A DNA stretch of 64,000 nt from Eledone cirrhosa (GCA_964016885.1 OZ024742.1:120528001-120592000), one strand, 5' to 3'; positions 14,112 to 27,309 are shown, counted from the first letter of the stretch. Numbers and translations are program-made. The notes: generated by a model from the letters alone, not told the origin.

Positions 14112-14321
14112 TTAACCCTTTAGCATTTACATTACTCTATATTTACTATTATATTATCACATAATTATCTCATATAATATCGAATCTATGAGATTTTGAT
14201 ATCGTTTATTTTGAGAACAGTACATTAATATCAGTATAAATGGCCGGTTACAGCCAGTTTGAACAGAAAGAGATTAGAGAATTCTAGCAGAATATAGCCG
14301 GTTTAAATGCTAAAGGGTTAA
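14112..14321 (-). mobile_element. piggyBac-type MITE
   Basis: TTAA-CCCTTTAGCATTTA ... TAAATGCTAAAGGG-TTAA. Confidence 0.85.
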
Positions 14322-14474
14322 ACACTTTCTTGAGTTTGGAAAAATAATGTTAGTAGTCATGGTAGTAGTGAGATATCAACAGTATCGCCAGCACCGCTAT
14401 TAACACTACAAACCATGACTCACTCAGAGTTACTTCCTTTAGCGTGCATAAAAATACAAACACAATGTCTCTTA

Positions 14475-14880
14475 TGCGGTATGAAGGTCATTTTTGTTCT
14501 TCCTCAACCAGATCCAGCCGAAACTTCTTTCCGCTGCCTGATATTAGGGCTTTAGTTCTCGCTTTCCCTGAGACCTGAAAGTCGTTTCATTACATTGTAG
14601 GTAGTTTGGCCTATAAAGCCTCTGGTTCCAACCTCTATGGCGAGAACATTGACTCGGAAGTCGGTTTCCTTCAGGCTGTTGGCCAAACTGGTGTATTTTT
14701 TGGTCTTGAATACATGTGCATCTTCTAATCTACCTTCAAAGTAAGTTTTGATAAACTGGAATGGAGTATGATATCCAGCCTCGAACCACTCTTTATGATT
14801 TCTGGTTCTTTTGCTGATCCTGGGAAGTCTGTTAGTTTAACAGCTAGGTGGTTGTTTAGTTGTTGATTGGCAAAGCTCTT
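14475..14880 (-). pseudogene. C-terminal restriction-like endonuclease domain of an R2-group (HERO-like) non-LTR retrotransposon, frameshifted
   Basis: Manual translation: SGSRLDIILHS...FEGRLEDAHVFKTKKYTSLANSLKETDFRVNVLAIEVGTRGFIGQTTYNVMKRL...AAERSFGWIWLRK (RPD-like...K..KY...IEVG.RG...W.W). Confidence 0.75.
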
Positions 14881-14959
14881 TCGTCACACATTCTGTAACC
14901 TCCTCAGTCACTATTTATGTAGTTATATTGCGCCCCCCTTTGGTTCTGACCTACACAAC

Positions 14960-15330
14960 CAAGTAAAGAAACTAATCGCACATGTGGTGGGGGCCAATAT
15001 AAGACTAACCCTTAAGGAACATATGATTAAGTTCAATGGTAAAACATATGCCCAAGAGGACAAATAAGATGAACTCATGGTATGACAGCAACAAATACCA
15101 GTGTGTAATGTTTGTCAATGTAACCCCCAGAGGCAAACTAGCTTACAGATTTAGAAGCGCCCTAAACAAAGTAAAATTAAATATTAATATAGTACAAAAA
15201 ACAGGTATTCTTATAAAAGCCCTAATTAGTAGAACATACCTTTTGAGAAAACTCCCTGCACAGATAGAAAATATATAGTCTGCAAATTAAGCCCACAAAT
15301 TAAATGTAAAGCTAGGAACATAAGATATAG
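14960..15330 (+). pseudogene. Penelope-like element relic: RT piece fused by deletion to the pre-GIY-YIG linker
   Basis: IRLTLKEHMIKFNGKTYAQ (RT region, cf. FNG..Y.Q) then WYDSNKYQCVMFVNVTPRGKLAYRFR...INIVQKTG..IKALI and a Cys-containing segment (PCTDRKYIVCKL...CKARNIRY). Confidence 0.65.
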
Positions 15331-15786
15331 CAGGAAATGATGAAGGAACGCCAACAAGTGGAGAGATACTGTGCTGAGATGGACCCATCCAACCCATTAC
15401 CCATTCAAGCATGGAAAAACAGACGTAAAAATGATGATGATATATATCATCATCATTGTTTAACGTCCATCTTCCACGCTAGCATGGATAGGATAGGTTG
15501 ACCCTTAAGGAGAGAATCAGGTCAGAGGACCATCTTTAGCTCACCCGGTACAGATTTATACACACACAGACACACACACACGTGCACATCATTGTTGGTC
15601 AAGATTCGTTTTTCCCTGCTAGCAAGAGTTGGATGTATTGCCACAGACTGGTAAGTACTGAAGTGGAGCCTCTGACCACCAAGTGGGCCGAGGCCCCAAC
15701 ATACAATCTTGTGCTCTACTAAGTACATTTCATGTGTATATATGCATGTATATATATATGCTATGTGTGTGTATATACATATGTGC

Positions 15787-15840
<54 letters not shown>

Positions 15841-15913
15841 AGTTAACTTAGAAAGCATTGGGAAATTTTTTAACTCAAATTGTGTACGCCCTGGTACAAA
15901 TTACTATAATAAT

Positions 15914-16255
15914 TGTTTCTAGTTTTGGCACAAGGCCAGCAATTATCCCAGTGCATTACTGGTACTTTATTTTATCGACCCCGTAAAGATGAAAGGCAAA
16001 GTTAACCTTGGAGAGATTTGAACTCAGACCGTAAAGTACCATAACTCTATGCTGCAATGCATGGTGTCCGACTCCACCGATACTGCCAATAATAATTGTT
16101 TCTAGTTTTGGCACAAGGCTAGCAATTATCCAGAGTACTACTGGTACTTTATTTTATCGACCCCGTAAGGATGAAAGGCAAAGTTAACCTTGGCAGGATT
16201 TAAACTCGATGTGTCAAAGCATTGCGTCTGACCCTCTACCGATACTGACAATAAT
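15914..16255 (-). mobile_element. Two tandem copies of SINE family A
   Basis: Two head-to-tail copies (about 15914-16090 and 16095-16250) of the reverse complement of 62168-62354. Confidence 0.85.
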
Positions 16256-17215
16256 AATAACAGTTGATCACTATAAGTATAGATGAGAATATCAGGTAAA
16301 GTAACCCTGGAGTTATTCAGTGATGCTTCTCCTAAACCAGCCTGAAAATGATAAAGAATATCCAATACAATCTGAAAACGATAAAGAATATCCAAATAAA
16401 AGTAACATTTGTGTGTATTAGTATAAATTATCAGTCAGTCTCATTTACAACTTACACTGCAGACTCAGGGGCCCTATCCACCCCTCCATTTTACAGCATG
16501 GACTGGGTGCTTTTATTCGTGCCACCAGCACTAGGGAAGTTGTCTTACTGGAGTTATATATATATATGAGAGAGAGAGAGGAATGACTTCTACAAGACTA
16601 GAACTGTTTTCTTCATATGAAATCATCATACATAAACACACCCATATATATATACCTATACATATATATATATACATACATTGATGATGATGTGTGTGTG
16701 TGTGTATATATACATATATATATAAACACACACATGTATGTGTGAGTGTATATGTGTGTGTGTGTGTGTGTGTGAATAATAATAATAATAATGCTTTCTT
16801 TATTTATAATGATAATAGTCACTCACAATAAATAGTTAAGAAAATCAGGTAAAATACCCCTTGATATTCTCCATTTTCAAGGGAAAGCATCACAAGCGAA
16901 TCATAAATTAGTGTATATATTGGTCTATAAACCGAGAAATACATAACAAAACAAATAAGATCTGATGGTAAAATGGGTTGACAGCCTATATTTGAAGTCA
17001 ATATTTTGCTGATTTCACCAACTTCAGATTCTACATAAATTAGGTGCTAGAATATTTTTTGTTTTGGAGGTGAATATTACACCAGTTTCACTCTGGAAGT
17101 GAAAATTCTTTTTTCTATTCTTTTTAATGTCTTTTGAATGAATATGGTCTTCAGAAAAATCATTACATAATGGAGTTATGAAACAAAAACTATACTCTCA
17201 ACAACACTTAAAACA

Positions 17216-17433
17216 TTTTAAGCATTTACATTACATATACTATTATATTTTTGTGGTAAAGGCTTCATCTTACAGAATTATTTCACATAATATTAAATCT
17301 ACAAAATTTTTGTTATTCATTTTGAGAGCAATACGTTAACATAAGTATAAGCAGCCAGTTACGGCCAGTTTGAATAAAAAGAGGAGAGAGAATCCTGGCC
17401 GGATACAGCTGGTTTAAATGCTAAAGGGTTTAA
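17216..17433 (-). mobile_element. piggyBac-type MITE with damaged left end
   Basis: Internal sequence matches the 8973-9189 family; right TIR taaatgctaaagggtt. Confidence 0.75.
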
Positions 17434-17536
17434 TATCAAAATATTAAATCTTCATTAATATATTCTTTCTAAACCGTGCCATCCAAATATGTTGAGTAAC
17501 TGAGGTTTAGAGTTTTGCTCATTTTTCAGATATAAA

Positions 17537-17644
17537 ATAGGGAGTCTACTTATTGAGTATATATGGTAATAAATACGATATATATATATATATATATATA
17601 TATCGTATTTATTACCATATATACTCAATAAGTAGACTCCCTAT
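17537..17644. repeat. Perfect 108-bp palindrome centred on a (TA)n tract
   Basis: atagggagtctacttattgagtatatatggtaataaatacg-(AT)n-cgtatttattaccatatatactcaataagtagactccctat. Confidence 0.9.
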
Positions 17645-17674
17645 GATGATGATTATAATATATATATATATATA

Positions 17675-17863
17675 TAGGAACCAGTAAGACCCCGACGGCT
17701 GAGCTCAAGCCGTTTCGACGGCTAATTCTGGACTAAAATGTCCAGAATTAGTCCAGAATTAGCCGTCGGGGTCTTACTGGTTCCTATTACCCACTCTACT
17801 ACCCCAAGTATTGAGTACTTTGGTGTGTTATGGTCCACCTGGTTCCTTACCACATTTCCTTCG

Positions 17864-17865
<2 letters not shown>
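17675..17865 (-). mobile_element. (TA)n-embedded fold-back element, copy B
   Basis: Leader about 90% identical to 5471-5550 in reverse; arms taggaaccagtaagaccccgacggct / agccgtcggggtcttactggttccta. Confidence 0.85.
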
Positions 17866-17909
<44 letters not shown>

Positions 17910-18839
17910 TCATCATTTAACATGTTTTCCCTGCTTGCAAGGGTTAGATGGGTCGTCACAGACCAAGTCGGTACTCGATCAGAGCTACAGACCTCTCAGA
18001 TGTGATAGGGACCTGCTTCTGGCTTACATATATTCCTATACTCATACCTTATCATGGTACCAGTACATGGACATAGCTGAAAAATCCTCCCAATCCATGG
18101 CAGATTTTCTACAGCCCTTCATATCACCAGCTACTTTACTCTGTGTACTGGGTGAGTTTATCAAGTAGATCAATAACCCTAGAAAGTTTGTCCTGTTTTT
18201 GACACAACTGTTTGTGAGAACATTTCTTAATTTATGTCAGATAAATAATATGAAACTTAGTTACATTATTAAATCCCAACAAATTCCGGATTGCAGAGTA
18301 TGCAGAGTATTTCATTAGAAATATTCTAATGAAATGGTTAAAGTAATTTCCCAAGAATCTTGACAGCTTACATTCGATAACTTTCCTTAATTAGTATTTA
18401 TAACCTGTAAAAATGAAAGTGAGACATTTTGCTTAGGTTGTAAATAATTCCAGCAAAATATGTAGGATTTTGTTTCTTTTTTATTTATTTTTCTGTTTTC
18501 ACATTCTTAAACACAAAAATTATATAATTAGTTAATTCCATACCAAGCAATTAATTAAACAGACTAACCTGCTTGCAATTTCTTCAACCATGAAGAATCT
18601 CAAGTAACATTTTCCTATATTACCCATTCCACTACCATATATTTAATGAAAGCGGTTGTATATAATTTTCAAATAATTTTGAAAATGATTAAGAATTTAG
18701 AGGGATTTACTGATATAACTAAGTTTCTCATTATTAAGCTGGTGTTTGGAACATAAATTAATGGTTTTTACATAAAATTGCGATGGGAAATTTTTTAGTT
18801 AAATATAACTATCCTCCCTCTCCCTTCCATACACCTCAC

Positions 18840-19130
18840 CTTTACACTCCCCAGCCACAGTCCACACTGTAAAGTGGTTGTGTTGGTATCACAACAAAAA
18901 GCACCCAGTCCACACTGTAAAATGGGTATGTAGGTGTCACGACAAAAAGCACCCAGTTACACAGTAAATGTGGTTGTTATTAGGAAGGGCATACAGCTGT
19001 AGAAATCAAGCCAGAAACAGCTCTATATGAGCAAGACTCAGTCACCTGACCTGACTAACCTCAAATGGGACAATGTGTCTAACCCATACTAGTGTGAAAA
19101 ATAGATGCTAAATAATGATGATGATGATGA
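18840..19130 (+). mobile_element. RTE-type 3' tail shared by LINE and SINE, with internal ~49-bp repeats and (GAT)n end; similar tails at about 11260-11425, 27785-28035, 29911-30062, 47585-47875, 48518-48670, 50965-51420, 51943-52230
   Basis: ttaggaagggcatccagctgtagaaa...acccatgctagcgtggaa...acgttaaa(cgatgatgat) recurs many times. Confidence 0.8.
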
Positions 19131-20114
19131 TTAACACATTAAAACAAATAGCTTTGTTTTGTAGAACTAGGGTCAGTTACAGGCAATTTGATATCAAAAA
19201 GGACTAAAGAAATATATAAATTTGTTTTTTTACATTCAAAACATGAAAAATATTTGGGAGAAACACTATATGAAAAGTATCCAGGCAATGGATAATACAA
19301 GTTCAAAATTGAGATATAAGAAGTGAATGAAATGTTATCAAAAGGCAGACATTTCTCATCCTATAAGACAATAAAATCTTTAACAATTTCAATTCAATAT
19401 CAAAATACCAAATAACTAATAAAAGGGGGGAGGGAGGTTGAAAGGAATAATTTCTCTATAATTCCACCATTCTTTCAAATATTATTCAATGAAATAATTG
19501 TCAAACCTGATAAAACGCTTTCTTTATTCAATCATTTTGTTACCATATTTCTAATGAAATGCACTGCCTAGGATTCTCTATTAATTTTGAAAATAATCAA
19601 GAATTTGTATAGATTTAGTAATATAACTATTTTTTTATTTTTAAGTTAGTGTTTGAAACACAAAATTTTATGTCCACAGACAACTCATAAGGAAGGATAT
19701 AGCCAATGAAGGAGCCACCATGTGGTCACTGAACTTACTAGAAGTAGCTACTAAACCTTCAAATCGTAAAAAAGGTAGGACTCATTGAATAATGTAATGC
19801 TAGATACACATTATCTGAAATAAAAGAAGAAATATTCATGGATAGGTCTGTCCGATCAGGACCAGCTAGTAGTTAAACAACACATGAAAGAATATATTCC
19901 TTCATGACAATATATTTATGTAGAATGAATACAGAGAACGGAGATGGTCAAGTGGCTATATTGGAAAGCAAGCTGAAAAGTCTTCAGATCAAAATCCACT
20001 AGAACTGTTTTGTATTTATGTAATATATTTAATTCTTTACTAAATACAACTGGAATCCAAAGAAACTAGTCATGGTTTGCACTAATAAAAATCATTTAGT
20101 AAACTTCACAAATT

Positions 20115-20415
20115 TATGGCTTAGTGGTTAGAATGTTGGGCTTGCAATTGAACGGTTGTGAGTTTGATTTGTTGTGTCCTTGAACAAGACACATTATTTT
20201 CACAGAGCTCCAGTTTACTCAGCTGTAGAAATGAGTTGCAACATCACTGATACCAAGCTGTATAAGCCATTGCCTTTCCCTTGAACAACATCGGTGGCAT
20301 GGAGAGGGGAGACTGAGCGACTGTTAGTCTACCACAAACAAACTTTGACCAGGCTTGTACCTCAGAGGGAACTTTCTAGGTGCAAAACCATGGTCATTAG
20401 TGACCAATGGGGGCC
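20115..20415 (+). mobile_element. tRNA-derived SINE (head tggcttagtggttag...ccttgaacaagacac...ctccagtttactcagctg)
   Basis: Head and central domain homologous to 39801-39940, with a different 3' part. Confidence 0.7.
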
Positions 20416-20580
20416 TTAAATATACTGTAGAGTCACAAATACAAATATTCTGTACAAAGCTCTCTAAGAGAAAAGTTATTTTGATTTTGTTTTTAATTTC
20501 ATCGAAGAATATATACCAATTCTATTCAAGCCTTTCATTGAAACCTTTTTAATCACTGTTCAATTACTTGATATATATAT

Positions 20581-22355
20581 CATCATCGTCGTTTAACGTC
20601 TATCTTCCACGCTAGCATGGGTTTAGACGGGAATTGTCCCACTTGAGGCAAGATTGGTCGTCTCGCTCGTATGGGACTGTCTGGTAGAGGGGGGAGGGGG
20701 TATATTTAATTAAGAGGTGCCTACTGACTGTAGGTTTTGCTTTGTACTTAAGCAAGGCGGGTTTTCTGTATTACTGCATAGCGCCAAAGATCTCGGTCCA
20801 GTGACATTGTCTTAGAGAGGTGTAAGTGTGTAAGGTCGGAATTTATCAAATCGTCCCAGGTTTTTCTGGGTCTGCCTACTCTGTAACTTACATCAATTTT
20901 GACCGCGCTGCACTTTTTTATACAGCTGTCATTTTTCATGCGCATCACGTGACCATACCAACGTAGTCTTCTCTCGAGTAAACAGCATCTGATCCCTCTT
21001 ATTCCTAATTTCTCACTTAGTTCATTAATGCTTTGCTGTTCACGTATATTACTATTACACATCCAGGAGAGCATGCATGCTTCGTTCCTCTCCAGTCTGC
21101 ACAGATCCTCTGCACATAATGCCCATGTCTCACTGCCATGTAACATAGCTGTTCGTATGCAGGCATCATACAGTCTGCCTTTCATTTTTAGAGAGAAACC
21201 TTTAGTGCCAATAGTGGTATAAGCTCTCTGAACTTTTTCCATCCCGTCCTGACTCTGGCTACTGTACTTTCTGAGCACCCTCCACCACTGCTGATTTTGT
21301 CACCCAGGTAACGGAAGGTATCCACTATTTCTATAGAGCCATCTGGGCAATAGAAGGAGCTAGTATCCTGTGGGCGCTTGCTACTTATTGCACCTGAACA
21401 CCAGCCACATATAAAATCTACGTTCTTAGATAGCTTACCTGTGATCCCACTACATCTTTTATGCACCCATACTTTGCATTTGGGACATAAAATGGAATTT
21501 CTGCCTACTCCTTTGCTACACACTGAGCATGGCCATTTCCCAGAGGGGACCTGTGCCCTATTTTCCTTCCTACATACTAGAACTTTAGTCTTAGACAAGT
21601 TAACTTTAAGGCCTTTTGATTCTAGGCCATGCTTCCATGTTTCGAATTTCTTCTCTAGTTCATCCATTGATTCAGCTATGAGCGTTAGATCATCTGCATA
21701 TAGAAGTTCCCATGGGCAGCTGGTCTTGAACTCCTGTTATAACCTGAAGGGCAATAATAAATAGGACGGGGCTAAGGACAGAGCTCTGATGAACACCAAC
21801 TTTTATGCTAAATTCTTCACTATATTCGTTGTTAATTCTAACCTTGCTGACTGTTTCTTTATACATGGCTTGGATAGCTCTCACAAGCCATTCATAAACT
21901 CCTAGTTTTCTAAGGGCCCACCAGATAGATAATGGCACCAAGGGACTGTCAATTGCTTTCTCCAAGTCAACAAAAGCTAAGTATAGGGGTTTACTTTTAG
22001 CTAGGTACTTCTGTAGTTGTCGAACAAGGAAAAGGGTGTCGTGGTACTTTTACCTGACACAAACCCGAAATGCATTTTGTCTAGATCAATTTGCTCTCTG
22101 ATTAGTTGCGCTATAACTTTTTCTGTGACCTTCATGACCTGATCAATTAATTTAATGCCTCTATAGTTTTCTCTATCTAGTGCATCTCCTTTACACTTGT
22201 AGCAGTTAATGATGATGCTGCTACGCCAGTCATTTGGTATGACTCCGTTCTGTATGACTTGGTTTACTATCCGGGTGACCATAGTGTGTCCCACCATTTC
22301 AGCAACTATCTCCGAAGGCCCAGCTGCCTTGTCTTCATATCTTTGATTGCCTTAC
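20581..22355 (-). mobile_element. 5'-truncated RTE-clade LINE (family 1): frameshifted RT with PHD-like insert, 3' UTR and (GAT)n tail
   Basis: ORF pieces 22001-22297, 21690-21965, 21188-21667 and 20748-21278 contain NYRGIKL, GVHQ.SVLSP.LF, YADDL region, FRYLG, LHGSETW, WYGHVMR, GRPRKTW. Confidence 0.95.
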
Positions 22356-22409
22356 TTTATATTTAATTCAGCTGAAATATGTATTTATGTATCATTGGAT
22401 GGTCAAAGG

Positions 22410-22660
22410 TATGTGGCATTGTGGTTAGGGTATTCAGCTCACAATCATAAGGTAAAAAGTTTGATTTGCAGCGGTGCATTGTGTCCTTGAGCAAGACACT
22501 TTGTTTCACATTCTGGCAAAAATTCTGTGTCATGCAGAATCTCCCCAAGAACTATGTTATGGGTATGTATGTCTGTAGAATGCTCAGCCACTTTTCATGA
22601 GCAGGCTGTTTCATTGATCATATCAACTGGCACTCCATTGTAACTGATGGAGTACCAATC
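22410..22660 (+). mobile_element. Decayed tRNA-derived SINE
   Basis: gtggcattgtggttagggtattcagctcacaatcataagg...gtgtccttgagcaagacact. Confidence 0.65.
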
Positions 22661-25600
22661 TTTTTTTTAAGGATGGTCAAAACAACAAACAGTTAAGTTC
22701 AGCAAAGCAGAGGCTGTTGTAGAAGCAGAAGGCATAAAGGGAATGTCTTATCCAGAGCAAATGGTGAATTTGTTTATCATGTATATGGAGTTGGGAGTTG
22801 TGAGGTAACAGCATTTTAGCATGACAGCGGTAATATTAAATGCTTGTCCAATTCAGCTAACTCTGCTGGTTAGTAGGATTCCTGCAAAAAGAGGGGCGAG
22901 TGCATAAGTTTCTCCAGCCAGTACTTAGTCTCTCCAATATCAAATCTGCTGTAGTACCTCCCAGTGGCGAGACATGGTAACTATGCCCTGACAAGCATAG
23001 GTAGAACTTACACACTACAAAGAAAGACTAGCCCTCAGACATGTGTCATGCAGGCCTACAGGCATTTTAGACATACCCTGGTAACACATGAACTAGTCTT
23101 CCAATAAAGCAAGAAGCCTAGAAGGTCAATTCAAAAACAAATCCACTACTACTAGACAGCAGCATTTTTTACATTGCCTAATGGAATAAGCCAAATATAA
23201 ACTGGTAGAAGATGGTGAGAAATCATTACTGGATGACTCAAAGTCAATTACGGAATCAAACTAAAAATCAATTGAGATGGAGAGCTATGATCACCCATAC
23301 TAAATGACACCTGATTGATTGATTGTCAACACAATTCTGTTAAAACATGAATTAGCAGTAGAATTGCTAAACATACTTTGTAGCATTACAGATATTCTTG
23401 ATATTCAGCAAAGAATCCCTTACCACATCAGTGATCAAACAACCATATTTACTTCTCTCTTGTGAAAAGTATTACTTCAAACTTGAATTAAGGATGTCAC
23501 ACAGAGGTCTCAAATTTCCACAATGTTTGGCTCATAAAATGAATTCTTGCATCAAGGGAAAACCAAGTTATTCTTTCCAATTCCAACAGCCAAATCAATA
23601 TTAAATTAATTTTCTTTCAAATAAAATATATATAACTGTCTTTAAAATGTTACTGGGCAAAAATATATCAAGTACAACAGTTATGGATATATCTAATAAA
23701 TTAGTTTTCATATCTTCCAATGACAGACTTTTAAATCCTACAAACTTCTGTTTTAATGCATGTCTTAAACTATTTGTGGAATCTGCCAAAATTTTCATTA
23801 TATTGAATATACAAACAAAATCTAAACAACTATTCCACTTTTCCAACTCTAGTTAAAAATATAAATTAAAATATCAAAGCTATATAAAGCTATATACATT
23901 AAAATTATTTCAACTTTTTCAATAAATTACAGAGATTATTCTAAAACAACTACAGTTATTAAAGAAATGTTTATTTTGAATAAAGAATACAGTTTAAGTA
24001 AATAGGTTTTTCACTGCATTCATTTGCAAATGTTTCAAGAGAAAGTTAAGCGTACACATGAAAACTATCTATTGAAAATGGTTAGGAAATCAGAATAATT
24101 ATTTATGGGTATGACATATGACAGACAAATAAAATCTAGTATCTCCCTGTATACAGGTCAAAGTGATGAATAACAAATTTTACTGAAAACTATAAATTTC
24201 AATTTTCCATAAAAATAAAATAAAATTAAGTTTCATGAGTAGGCACAATACACTCTCAGAAATGGTTGTCACAAGTAGTTGAAAGGTAAGTACGAGAATT
24301 GTTGAATTTAGTATCATCTATTGATCTGACACAAGCATGGCTGCATGGTTAAGAAGTTAGCTCCATCCCCATGTAGATCGCCGAGGGTCACATGAGTGAC
24401 ATATGTGTTGTCTGAGGGCCACACGACAACTAATTGCACACATTACAACTAATTTTTTTAATTTTATATTATGAAGATAAAACATGCTCATGCTGTAAAA
24501 GCCTTTGTGGAGGCCACAGGTATGCTTGTAAAGGACTGCATGTTTGACATGCCTGATGTAGATCAATGCTTGACCCCAGTATCCTTGCATGTAGAATTTG
24601 GTAGAAAAGAATAATCGGTGCAGAACCTCAATTGTATGCATATGTATAATTTTTGCCATATAAATATGAGCAAGAAAAAAAAAAAAAAACTAGTGCTTTT
24701 TAAATGAAGAACCTGTAACTAATGATGCTATTATTCACAAAGTGTACATAAAACAATATATCAACAGGGCTGAACATAATTTTGCTGATAAAGTTGTTAA
24801 ATGTTGCAATTTAGCTAGCAAGGGTGTCAGAGAATGAGAAAAATGTTGATGCCTTGATGTTAATACATAAGAGGAAACTACAGCAATGAAAATATGTTAA
24901 ACATTCTATCCAAAGGTCATAGACATTTTTTACAAAAGAGGATAACTTAAACACTGCAAAAGAACTATTTGAAATATTAGAGTAAATGAGTAGTAATTAG
25001 ATTTCATAATCAGAAAAATAACAGTGCATCAGTTGACGGTTGTCAATCACATGGCTCTTTGTTTTTTATGAAATCCAGGATGTTTGCATGAGTGGCAACA
25101 ACACCTTTATATTTAGTACTCCAATGTGAACAACACATGAGCTTTATTCTGAAGGTCAACAATTGCTAAGGGTTAAAATATGTTCTGGATCTAAAAAAAA
25201 AAAGTGAGAGGACGAGAGGAGATGACTATGAACTGTTAGAAATAATTATAGTGATTTTGAGGGCTTTTCCCTGCTATGTGCAGTGATTGTGTTTTGATGT
25301 TATCAAAGTATACAGAATTGTCATGTATGACTCCACTGAAACAATGTTTATGAAATCTCTATTTGTTGAAGCAGTCTGATGTGAGAAGGTTAAGGAGAGG
25401 TAAAGTGCTTTATCAGTTGTGTAGTTAGAAGCAACACTGATAAGGCTATCATAATAATAATGAAATATTGTGTACAGTGCTCAGGTGCACTACAACTCAT
25501 CAAAAAGTGTATGTATAGTACATAGGGTAATGTACAAACGTCAGGAAAATGAACAGTGCATGAGACATGATATACAGATGTGTGCATGTGTATGGTAGGG

Positions 25601-27309
25601 GTACATCAGGTGTAGTTTTGGCGTATTTTGGGTTTTAACTAAAATACAGAAAGAGTGAGAGACAGCCAAAACCTGAGGCACAGTAAAGTTGAAAGAATGT
25701 TGTTTGGAGAGAGAAAGAGAGAGAGGGGGGAGGGAGAGAGAGGGGAGAGGGAGAGAGAGAGCACCACAGACACAAGATACAATGGAGCAGTTTAACAAAT
25801 ATTTCAACAAATATGAATAAAGTTATTGTTTTTTTTTTTCATTTCATGCAACTGTCAAACATCTGAAGATGGCTCTTGAGTGATTATGCCCCATCTCCTA
25901 TACATTGTATTAGAATATGTAAACACACATGCAATTTAATTTCAAATCAAATGGTGGAACCATAATATATTTATAAGAATTTAAAGAGATATCTAACTAA
26001 ACATCTAAAATATGTGCAACTGACATTTTTATATCAGGAAGGGTGCATGCAAGTGTACATATTGTTTATCTTCAACTTTCTCTTCTAGTGAGAATGGAAT
26101 GGCTTTTGCAAATGTTGCCATTTTCCTTTAAATTGTGAAAGCGTATATTAACAGCTTGATACCCATTCTCTTAGTATCCACTCAACAGTGAAAAGGAAGC
26201 GGAATCTATTTGCAGGCAGATTGACAATCTATGTAAAGTGCTTGGTCTAAGTACACAACACAATGGCTACAGTATAGTTTGAACATATGACCTTTCAATC
26301 AATTTAACAACATACCAACTCTACCAATGATATGCAATTCATAAATTAAACTTATAAACAGCATCAATTTTATATATGAAAATGGTGGAATTTTATAAAA
26401 TTGGTTTAATACAGATATATTCTTTTAATTATTGCTTTTAATGTTAAATCAAACTGCCCTTGAAGTTACAACACTTTGATAATCAAATTCCTATTGTGTA
26501 GGCAATGAAGGAAATGATATACACGAGGACATTTGGGAAAAGAGCCAATACTAAAAGGAACTGAAAATAAATATAAAGGATGCCAGTGAGTAATATTTGT
26601 AGTAAATGATCATGACCAGCAAAGGGGACATTGTTACATGTGTAGTAAGTTGGAAGAAATTCAGTTTTGCAAGCAATACAATCAACAGGTAGCCGATAAA
26701 TTTAAGACTAAACTGAGAAAAATGATGTTGTATATGGACTTATGTTTGTGTCATTAAAACAATGTCCCATGACAGGCAGTGATTAGGTTAATATATACAT
26801 AAAAATTAACATGATCTAGACGTTACTCAAATTCTCCACATGCATCGTTGCAAGTTAGGTGCCCAAGCTTCTTTCTTGAAGATAGATACAAATTTTTAAT
26901 AAAGTTAAATGGATTAAATATAGCTATAAATCACAAAATGATTCCTGAAAATATTCCAAATTTTAGTAATTTTACTATGCAATGTGGATACTGCACATTT
27001 ACCACTGCTTGTTTTGTACACAACACACTACTGCAGTATAAACTATTCATTGCCATATTTCTAATAAAAGAAGACACTAGCTAGGATTTGCAAATAATCA
27101 AGTAGTTGGGGGTGATTTAGTATAATAACTGGACTTTCTAATTATGTTTGAAACATAACTTAAGAAAGGCTCTTACATAAATTATGATGGAAGATTTTTA
27201 GATAAATATAAACTCTTTAAATTAATCAGCTTCGTATATAAAGCCAGCAGTTACGGGCGATTTGGTATCAAAAAGTTAAACTAAATGTTATTTGATAATT
27301 GGTCTAATA

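Noticed and set aside
18569-18613. Isolated splice-like signals on the minus strand (also near 7411, 26826-26875 and 31810)
   Set aside because: Cannot be joined into a reading frame or supported without transcript data
23601-23856. Overlapping 81-aa (-) and 69-aa (+) ORFs with an acceptor-like site at about 23849
   Set aside because: No recognisable homology or convincing donor in frame; could be a UTR exon but unsupported
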